From an uncultured Verrucomicrobiae bacterium (GTDB lineage: Bacteria > Verrucomicrobiota > Verrucomicrobiia > Chthoniobacterales > JAATET01), in contig CAVRCI010000004.1 in NCBI GenBank assembly GCA_963719495.1, positions 256,001 through 320,000 on the forward strand: DNA of 64,000 nucleotides, given 5' to 3'. Shown here one piece after another: positions 42,178 through 50,331 of this stretch. Position numbers and translations under genes: made by a program. The first letter of the stretch is position 1, and every line of letters starts with the position of its first letter. Below the pieces are notes generated by a model. It saw only the letters and a list, made by a program, of their open reading frames with translations. It was not told the origin of the DNA and searched no databases.

Positions 42178-44027
42178 ATGAAAAAACTCATCTTCTCCTT
42201 AACGACCGCAGCGCTGGCTTCGACGGTCACACCTTCGGTTCGAGCGGCGGAAATCTGGGACGGCGGCGGCAATGATTCCAATTGGTCGACGGCGCTCAAC
42301 TGGGACGAGGGCGTTCCCGATCCGGGAGACAGCGTCACGTTCGGAACAGCTTTTACGAACGTGGGAACTGACAATATCTCTCTTGCCGGGGATCGTTCGG
42401 TCGGAACCCTCACGTTCGATAGTGGTCCCACGAACGTCATTCTTTCGTCCTCGAATCTCACGGTCAACGCCGGCATCAATCGAATCTCGCCCGCTGACAC
42501 GGAGTCGATCGTGCTCAGCACGGTGACTTTGCCTTCGGACATTGTCGTCAACAACGCCGGTGGTTCGCTGGATCTGTTCGGAGCGATTTCCGGGGTTGGT
42601 CGGATCACCCAGAACGCGACCTCGGCGACGCCGATCAATTTGCTGTTCGGAGGGAACAACTCAGCCTGGACCGGCGGGCTGACCCTGGGTGCCGCTCCGG
42701 GAGGGAGTATCGTCAACGTCAACGCGAATGGACTCGGCACCGGCAGCGTCATCTGGGAGGCGGGGGCGAGCGGACCTACGGTCAGTTTTTCGGCAACGCC
42801 GACCAGGCGATCGGCAATGATTTCACGGTGAACGGCGACCGAACGATCATTCCGTTCAACAACAATAGCACCGGAAAGACCGTCGCATTCAACGGCGACA
42901 TTGGCGGCACCTCCATCTCGACGATTCGGTTCAACGCTCGCCAGGGCGGCATCAGCGGGATCACGACGGAACTCAATGGAGTGAATACCAACGCCGTAGC
43001 TGGCAGCCAAATGGTCTTCCAAGGCTCGAACGACGACGGTTCCGGGCTGGGAAACACCTACGTGATCGGCAACAGCGCCGCGCTCGGCTGGGACCGCATC
43101 ATTTTGGGGGAAGCTTCGACGACTTCGGACGAGGTGGCATTTCTCTACAAGGACGGCGTCGACATCGCGAACGCAATCGAATTGAACGAAGCCGATCCGG
43201 GACGCGTGACCATGGGGGTCACGGGCACCGGTGCTGCGGCGACTCAGAGCGGCGGGATCATTCTCGGCAACTTCGGCCTTGATCTCTCCAAGGATTACCA
43301 GATCACGGCGGGCAGCGACAGCACCTTCACGGTCTCGGGCACCATCACGACCGCCGACGCTGGCGACACGCTCAACGTCACAAAAATCGGCGACGGCACG
43401 GTCGCTCTCACCAGCGCGACCGGCAATGATTACCGCGGGACGACGACCATCTCGGCGGGGACGCTTCTCGTGAACAACACGACGAATTCCGGCACCGGCA
43501 CCGGCGCGGTAATTGTCGCATCCGGCGCGACCTTCGCCGGGAGCAACCTCATCGCTCCGACCGCGGACAACGACGTGACCGTCAACGGCACGCTGGCTCC
43601 CGGGGCGCTCGACAACGGCGCTGGCAGAATGGAGTTCGATCTGAGCGGTGCGTCGAAGCTCGCGTTTGGCGGCGGTTCGGTCCTTGCCTTCGACCTCGGC
43701 ACGACGAGCGATCTGATCGACTTCACCCTCGCGGGGGATTGGCTGACCGGATCGGGTGACGCCACGCTGGCTCTGACGCTCGGCGCTGGGTTCGATTACT
43801 CGCTGACCTACACCGTTTTCTCCGATGTGACGACGACGGGCTTCACCTTCGCGGCGATCACGGGATACGACACGGCGAACTTCGACGCGGACTTTGCGAA
43901 GATCGGCAACGACTACCGAGTCTCGTTCACCGCGGTCCCCGAGCCCAGCCCGGCGATGCTCGGTGCCTGCGGCCTCCTGATCCTGCTCGGCGTCGCCCGC
44001 GCGCGCCGTCGGTCGCGGATGGCGTGA
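42178..44027 (+). pseudogene. PEP-CTERM beta-strand repeat protein, frameshifted near 42762-42790
   Basis: Signal peptide; KIGDGTVAL..NDYRGTTTISAGTL; VPEPS+TM+RRR; one extra G in the G5 run at 42762-42766 would join the two ORFs. Confidence 0.8.
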
Positions 44028-44059
44028 GGTTGCCTCGGCCAGCGCGAGAGCTACCGGGG

Positions 44060-44634
44060 GCAGGGGTGAGATATTGAAAGACGACGCGAGGTCTGATCGT
44101 CCCTTCGCCCGCGTGGTGGAAGAGTGCGACGTAGGTGTGGAGCTGATTGTCGAGGGCGAGGATCGCGCGTTGATACGGGTCGGTGTCGGGGAGGTCGGCG
44201 GCTTGCGTGGTTTCGGCGGCGGCGCGGATGGCGTCGAGGTGCGGGCGGAGGTCGTCGAAGCTGAGGCGGGTGGGCTTCTCGGTCGGCTGCCCGGCGAGCG
44301 CGAGCACCTGCGGGTGGACGATGCGAATGACGGGGAGGGTGTCGGCGGTCGCCGGATCGGTTAGGTGGGTGACGAGCCAGTGGAGGGGTTGAAAGTCGAA
44401 AGTCGAAAGTTGAAAGTTGAGAAGTGGATTGCGGTTTCGCCGGGAGAGTGAGGGTGGCTTTGCCGCTGAGGAGCGTGAGGGTATTGCGAGCGAGGGTGTC
44501 GAGGGGCTGGAGGCGGCCCCCGGCTTGAATCGGGATCTCGGCGAGCGGGGTGGGGGCGGGGACGCGGAGAGCAGGATGAAGGCGGTCGCGAGCAGCGCGA
44601 CGGCGGTGAGGGCTGACGTGGGGGAGCGGAGCAT
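44060..44634 (-). pseudogene. ccsA: N-terminal fragment of CcsA-type cytochrome c biogenesis protein with two frame changes
   Basis: TM start, then LAEIPIQAGGRLQPLDTLARNTLTLLSGK in one frame and WL...TDPATADTLPVIRI.HP...RLSFDDL in another. Confidence 0.6.
44390..44425. repeat. Heptamer repeat (GAAAGTY)n within the ccsA fragment
   Basis: TGAAAGTCGAAAGTCGAAAGTTGAAAGTTGAGAAGT. Confidence 0.85.
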
Positions 44635-44738
44635 GACGAACCTGACGGGAACGAGGTTGTTCCAAATCGGGCGGAGAGAGTCGATCCAGCGTGAACCCGT
44701 TTGAGCAGTGACCCGGCGTTCGCTGGATTCTCGGAAAC

Positions 44739-45383
44739 CTATTCCTCGACCCGGTCGCCAGTGATCGCGACCTCGTCGAATTCAGCGGTGTCGTTGAACG
44801 ATCCGAAGCCCAGGCACCCGACCGGATAGCGCGTGTCGTTTGCCGTCAGCACGGGCTTTTCCTGATCATCCACCCAGACCGAGATCGCGCCGTTGGCTTC
44901 GTGGGACAACCGGATCGTCTGCCAGCCGACCCCGAGAGCTGGTTTGGGCGACTCTTCGAGTTGGATCGGGGTTCGGCCGGTGGCTTCGACTCGCATGATG
45001 ACGCTGTGCGTCTTCCCGTCGGAATCGTTGGACACGTGGGCGTAGTAGAAATGTTCTGGATCCTCGTAGCCAAAGATCAGCACGAGATCCCGACCCACTT
45101 TGCTGGTTGGCTCCAGTGATCGCGCAATGACCTCGAGCGTCGCGTTTTCCCAATGTCCGGGGGCGAGGGCATACGTGGTTGGTCCACGAACGGGGCCTTT
45201 GATTTGACCCGCCTTCGTGATGCGGAGAATCCCGTCGCGCTGCTCCCAGTGTCCCGCCGGAACCAGCTCCAGGTCGCTTTTTCCCTCGAAATCGGAACGC
45301 CATTCCGCCGCCGATGCCAACGGCCCGAGGATCACGGCTACCGCGATGGCCAAGATTGCAAGCGGGCTACGCAATGCGACCAT
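44739..45383 (-). CDS. Secreted beta-sandwich (DUF1080/ConA-like) protein
   Basis: Signal peptide; LIFGYED..HFYYAH, G.LGFGSFND..EFD. Confidence 0.65.
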   Translation of the reverse strand: MVALRSPLAILAIAVAVILGPLASAAEWRSDFEGKSDLELVPAGHWEQRDGILRITKAGQIKGPVRGPTTYALAPGHWENATLEVIARSLEPTSKVGRDLVLIFGYEDPEHFYYAHVSNDSDGKTHSVIMRVEATGRTPIQLEESPKPALGVGWQTIRLSHEANGAISVWVDDQEKPVLTANDTRYPVGCLGFGSFNDTAEFDEVAITGDRVEE

Positions 45384-46323
45384 CCTCGTAGCCTGGCACG
45401 TTCCACGGGGCAATTGTCCCCGTCAGCGAGCTCCGAACTTCGTTGCTCATGGCCGCTTGCGAAACGGACTCCATCGGTTGGAAATTCGAGGCCATGGCCA
45501 CGTTTTCGGAAAGATGAGCCTCGGTATCCAATCCCACGATCACCGACGACACCCCGGTGAGGCTCAAGGCGTATCGGATGAGGTCGGTGCCGCGCAGGTC
45601 GGAGTTCCGCGCGTGCCGGACGGTCTTCATGCCGACGATGCCGAGATTTCGCTCAATGGCCAGGGGCAGGAGCTCGTCTTCGTAGGATCCACCATCCGGG
45701 CGATCGGCTGGGAAGATTGTCAGCAGAGCATCGGGGTCGAATCTCTCGATCGCTTCCATGAGAACGCGGGCTCCAGAGTGGCCGGTCACTCCGTAGGCTC
45801 CGATGAGGCCCTCTTCCTTCGCCCGACGCGCGGCCCGGCAGGCACCGGTTTCGATGGCGGCGAGATCGTCCGTGGGTTTGAGATTGTGGAGATGATAGAG
45901 GTCGATGCGGTCCGTCTTCAATCGGTGCAGACTGCTCTCCAATTCTCGGCGAAACCCCTCGTAGGATCGCTCGGCGGATTTACTGACGAGAAAGATGCGG
46001 TCGCGGTGTCTCTCCACGACCGGAGCGATCGTTATTTCACTGCCAGCGTAATTGTGCGACGTGTCCCAGTAATTGATGCCAGCGTCGAGGGCCTGCTTGA
46101 GAAGGGCATGGCCGCGTTCGGCTTCGCCGACAAAAGGTCGGGTGAAGGCGCTCCCCAGGCCAAGGCCTAGAATGGAGACTTCAACACCAATCCTTCCCAG
46201 CTTCCGCCGGTTCACGGTTGGAACCGATTGCGCCCGCGCCGTTCGACCGCCCAAGCCGATCCCATTGAGACCAGCCAAGCCCGCAGCGCTTCTGGCGACA
46301 AATTGACGGCGGGATGTTTTCAT
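45367..46323 (-). CDS. Aldo/keto reductase with a Tat signal peptide
   Basis: SRRQFV; VS.LGLG, GINYWDTS..Y, SL.RLKTD.IDLY.LH. Confidence 0.9.
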   Translation of the reverse strand: MKTSRRQFVARSAAGLAGLNGIGLGGRTARAQSVPTVNRRKLGRIGVEVSILGLGLGSAFTRPFVGEAERGHALLKQALDAGINYWDTSHNYAGSEITIAPVVERHRDRIFLVSKSAERSYEGFRRELESSLHRLKTDRIDLYHLHNLKPTDDLAAIETGACRAARRAKEEGLIGAYGVTGHSGARVLMEAIERFDPDALLTIFPADRPDGGSYEDELLPLAIERNLGIVGMKTVRHARNSDLRGTDLIRYALSLTGVSSVIVGLDTEAHLSENVAMASNFQPMESVSQAAMSNEVRSSLTGTIAPWNVPGYEDGRIA

Positions 46324-46491
46324 TCTTCAGTTCTACCGCCGCTTCAACTCGGAATCAACTCCACCGGGACAATCGGAGTTCCTCGAGTTCCTCGACGTGG
46401 CGGACAGGCCGACCCGAACCGGATGGACCGATCCGATCCGGGGCGAGCCCGGTGTTCAGCGGCCAAGCGGAATGCTCCGGGCCCTCGCCGC

Positions 46492-47037
46492 TCACCCGGC
46501 CAAATCTCGGAAGGCGTCCCAAAGATTCCGCCGCTTCAGTTCGTCCCGGAGGACGTCGTGATCGATCACGGCAGAGGAGATTTCCAGCATTCGCCGAATA
46601 TCGCGAACGTGCTTCTCGCCGCCGCCCTCCGAGAAGTAGGTCACTTTCCAGAGGATGACGTATTCGGGTGGCGCGAAGTGGATCTCGGTGACCGTTCGTC
46701 GATTCCGCCAGGCCCAAGGGAAAAACGCGTCGTTCTGCGAAGGATAGAAGTCCGCCTTCAGCCCCGACGGAACGTGGATCACTTTGAAATGAGCCCGGCA
46801 CTCCCGGGCGTTTTCCGCGGAGATGACTTCAACGGGAGGCGTGTAAGATTCCGGCTCCGGGAAGAGGCTGGGCAGTCTTCGCACGTCGTCTGACGACAGG
46901 GCGACCGCGAGATCGATGTCGATCGTCAAGCGCGGTTCGCTGTAGAGCATCGAGCCGACTGATCCAGCAACGAGGTAGCGGGTTTCAACCGCGTGGAGTG
47001 GGCGGGCAAATAACGCTAGAAGGTCAGGTTCTTGCAC
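46492..47037 (-). CDS. Nucleotidyltransferase-fold protein (MenT1/DUF1814-like putative toxin)
   Basis: GSVGSMLYSEPRLTIDIDL; EYVILWK...KHVRDI. Confidence 0.7.
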   Translation of the reverse strand: MQEPDLLALFARPLHAVETRYLVAGSVGSMLYSEPRLTIDIDLAVALSSDDVRRLPSLFPEPESYTPPVEVISAENARECRAHFKVIHVPSGLKADFYPSQNDAFFPWAWRNRRTVTEIHFAPPEYVILWKVTYFSEGGGEKHVRDIRRMLEISSAVIDHDVLRDELKRRNLWDAFRDLAG

Positions 47038-47224
47038 AGGCGGTCTCCCGGGCCAGCTCGCGTTCGACCTCGCCCGCACTCCAATCCGGATGGGCGAGTT
47101 GGATGGCCGCCGACCGGACGCGACGCGCCGTTGCCAGCAGCCCACGGGCGACGGCAAATTTCTCCTCCGGCGTCATCGCGCGGAATCGCTCGATCTGGAT
47201 CGGATGGAGAGGCTCCAGTAACAC
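47024..47224 (-). CDS. Small helical protein, putative antitoxin (MenA1-like)
   Basis: RAMTPEEK...HPDWS..EV; overlaps the start of the NTase gene. Confidence 0.6.
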   Translation of the reverse strand: MLLEPLHPIQIERFRAMTPEEKFAVARGLLATARRVRSAAIQLAHPDWSAGEVERELARETACART

Positions 47225-47394
47225 GCCGGGAGTGAACCAAAAGCCGCCGTTGATTCAAATCCGAAAAGGCTGGAGGGCGCTGAAAGTGATCGCTTCAGAT
47301 GGCATCGCGCTCCCCGCTTGTCGGGTTCATTCGTGTTTCGCACACTGTCTCCCATGTCCTCGGTCCATACCTCCCGTGCATTTGGCTCCGACTC

Positions 47395-47661
47395 GAATGG
47401 CACTGTTTTAAGCGAATCGTCGGCACGACTGTAGCGGCGGTCTGTGACCGCCGGAGCCATCAAACTCGGGTGCGCAAAACCCAGCGAGATGGTTTGGCGG
47501 CGGTCACAGACGCGCCGCTACAACTTCGCGCTCACCCCACCAACACCGCCAGCGTCGATCGAAAAGACCCCGGTCGCCGATGATCTCGCGCGGGACGGCC
47601 TCCAAGCCGTCCTCACCGCCTTGCGCTCTTCACCGAAAATCGGCTGAAAACAGTGCCATTC
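47395..47661. mobile_element. MITE copy 1 (267 bp) with terminal inverted repeats and an 11-bp TSD
   Basis: GAATGGCACTGTTTT...AAAACAGTGCCATTC; GGCTCCGACTC at 47384-47394 and 47662-47672. Confidence 0.9.
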
Positions 47662-48384
47662 GGCTCCGACTCCATAACCTACGGACTTCTCTGGTCGATT
47701 CCCGCGCCGACCCTGACGCAGGAGTCAATCGGCCAAGTCGGGTCCTTGGCTAACACCTTTGAAAATCGTCGTGAATTTCAGCGGGCTCTCCCGATCAACG
47801 ATTTTCTGAACGAGCCTCATTCTCTTCTGACTTCCGCGACCAGTGACGCGGACCTTCGTCCTGGCGCTGAAATTGACCTGCGAAAACACCTGTTTGATCC
47901 GAATGGTCCGTCGATTGGAGGTGTAGAGAGCGTTTGAGGCCGGATCGCCAACGATCAGAGGATCCGCTGAGTTGATCTGCACGCGACCGTTCTTCTGAAA
48001 ATTGAAGTTTAGCCGGACGTTCAGCCGACTGTCGTCGCTGAGAGTGAAGTTTTGAATCATTCGCATTTTCGCGCTGAGACCTCCGCGCCTGATCTGGAAG
48101 CGCACCTGGCCTTCTCCGGAGGATTCTGGAGGATTGGATTCTTCATCGATGACCTACACCGTTCCGTCGAAAACTCCTTTGAATCTGGAGAGATCGGTTT
48201 CGTTCGCCTTGGCGAGAACTCTCGAGCCGCCATCCGTACTGCCGGAGGGGACCTTGCTTTCGATCTTGTAGCTTGCGAGACCGGCCTCGAGGACGCCGGT
48301 CAGGGAGTTCGACGGGGTCTGGCGGTCGGTTTCCTCTCCGGCCGATTGAAGGCCCATCTCGTCAACATAAATGGTGATGATGGC

Positions 48385-49647
48385 CAGGGCCGACGCATCT
48401 AAAAATTGAGGAGGTGCAGGAGGAAGTCGTGATCCCAGGCTGCGACGAGTTGTTTGGTCTTGATGCTGCGTTTTTTGGACTTTTCGCGAGAGAGCAGGTT
48501 TAGGGCGAGGCGGCGCAGGGTGGCGAGATTCTCGGCGGCGTGAGCGGTTCGAGCGCGGGAACCATCTTCGCGCAGGATGACGTCCAAGACCCAGTGGCAG
48601 GAGTTTTCCACGCCCCAATGTCCACGGACGGCTTGAGCGAAAAGTCCGACGTCGAGGGGCAGGCTGCTCAGGAAGTAGCGTCTTTCCACGCTGATTTGAC
48701 CTTTGATTTCGCGGCTGGATTCGACCATTCCGACGCTCTGCAGCCCTTCCCATTGGCTGATGTCTGCGAACCAGTCGATGGCGACGCTTTGGAAATAGCG
48801 CCGGATTTCCAAGCGCCCGTGGCCTTTGTCGACGGTTTCCAGGAATGCGAAAGTGGGAGCGCTTGGTGGTTTCTTCGTGGATGGTTTGGGCACTGGAGGG
48901 CTCTGGAGCTCGCGATCAAATTCGGCATCGAGGAAGCTTTTGACTTCCTCATGGACGGTTTGGTGATTGCCTTTGAGAGCGAGAACGTAATCGGCGTCGG
49001 CCTCGATGATTTCTCGGGCGATCTCTTTCTGGCACCCCATCGCGTCGGTGCTCACGATGCAGCCACGCAGTTCCAACGCTCGCAGCAGCGTGGGAACCGC
49101 CGTGATTTCGTTGGTTTTGTCGGGCACTTCGAGCTGCCCCAGGACAAGTCGATTGCTGGTTGCCCAAGCATTGACGATGAAGCGCACATTCCCGCCGTCC
49201 TGGCAGGCTGCGCGGAGGGCTTTGCCGTCGACGGCGACGATTTCCCGGTCGATGTGTTCGCGCACGCTCTGCGTCCACCTCATGAAGCACTCGTGAAAAC
49301 TCGCCGGATTGATCAGCGAAAACACGCGATTGAACGTGTCGTGGCTGGGGATGCCGTTGGGCAACTTCAGAAACGTTCGGAACCATTTTTCCTTGGCCCG
49401 ACCGAACTCTTCCATGTCGTAGAAAGACGTGCCCGCGCACAAAAGCGTCGAGATCGCGATCACTAGAATGTCGCTCAACTCATGGTAGCGAGTGCGCGAT
49501 ACTCGCGGATCTTCTATGCGTTTGAACTCTTCGATCAGGCTTTTTTGGATGGGATGCGTTTCGGGCATCTCCTCCATCTACGCACGGGAAAATATAGTAC
49601 CAGCCCAAACTTCCTCCATCGCGATCTTTTTTGATGCGTCGGCCCTG
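48385..49647 (-). mobile_element. ISAs1-family insertion sequence
   Basis: Perfect 15-bp TIR CAGGGCCGACGCATC; 10-bp TSD TGATGATGGC at 48375-48384 and 49648-49657. Confidence 0.95.
48399..49577 (-). CDS. ISAs1-family transposase
   Basis: DPR, GIPSHDTF, AVDGK, NEI, DAMGCQ, LKGNH, RGHWGVENSCHWVLDV..ED. Confidence 0.95.
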   Translation of the reverse strand: MEEMPETHPIQKSLIEEFKRIEDPRVSRTRYHELSDILVIAISTLLCAGTSFYDMEEFGRAKEKWFRTFLKLPNGIPSHDTFNRVFSLINPASFHECFMRWTQSVREHIDREIVAVDGKALRAACQDGGNVRFIVNAWATSNRLVLGQLEVPDKTNEITAVPTLLRALELRGCIVSTDAMGCQKEIAREIIEADADYVLALKGNHQTVHEEVKSFLDAEFDRELQSPPVPKPSTKKPPSAPTFAFLETVDKGHGRLEIRRYFQSVAIDWFADISQWEGLQSVGMVESSREIKGQISVERRYFLSSLPLDVGLFAQAVRGHWGVENSCHWVLDVILREDGSRARTAHAAENLATLRRLALNLLSREKSKKRSIKTKQLVAAWDHDFLLHLLNF

Positions 49648-50057
49648 TGATGATGGCCGCGCCGAGAATCCCGGCGAGTACGATGACTATGACCAATTCG
49701 ATGAGGGTGAACGCGCGATTGCCAACGTGATGGGAAGGGCCTCTGCGGTTCATGAAAGAGAGTTTTCCGGGGAACTCCCCGAATTCCGATGACTATGTGA
49801 CCGTCGGTGTTCGCCGGAGAATCGCTGGCGAAGCGCTGGTGAGGATCGCGCGTGATGATCGCGCGCGAGCTGGACACGGGGACGGTCATGGATATGAATG
49901 TAAGGTGCCTCACGTGGGATGCTTTGAGAGCAGGAATATTCTCCTGACCCCTCCGCCTGCCTCTGCCTGATCCCCCCGCTGCTTGTCTGCGGCGATTGGG
50001 ACATAACGCCGACGGCTTCGAGTCAACAGTCGGAATTCATCGGCTGACCTCTTCCGC

Positions 50058-50245
50058 TGACCCCCGGTTCCGAAAAGAGTGTTCCGAAAAGAGTTGCGTT
50101 TTGCACACTGACCCCCGGTTCGTGACCTGACCCCCGGTTCGTGACCCCCGGTTCGCCCGTTTTGCACACTGACCCCCGGTTCGCCCCACCCTGATCTGTC
50201 ACCCATGTCCTCGGTCAATCTGTCACCCATGTCCTCGGTTCATAC
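50058..50245 (+). repeat. Cluster of short direct repeats: TGACCCCCGGTTC x5, GTTCCGAAAAGAGT x2, ATCTGTCACCCATGTCCTCGGT x2
   Basis: Read directly; irregular spacing. Confidence 0.85.
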
Positions 50246-50331
50246 CCCGCTATTTCTTCGATATTTGCCCGCCACACTATTCCAGATAGGCTTGATTAAA
50301 CTCCACCATCTGGCTGACCAACCCCAAAAAA

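Larger units (their letters stand above)
47725..49753 (-). pseudogene. Prepilin-type N-terminal cleavage domain protein, split by ISAs1 and carrying an in-frame TAG at 48154-48156
   Basis: RAFTLIELVIVIVLAGILGAAII; continues as TIYVDEMG... after removing the IS and one TSD; ORF 47725-48105 is in frame. Confidence 0.75.

Noticed and set aside
50058..50245. Possible CRISPR array
   Set aside because: Repeats are 13-26 bp with irregular, partly repeated spacing, no unique ~30-bp spacers and no cas genes.
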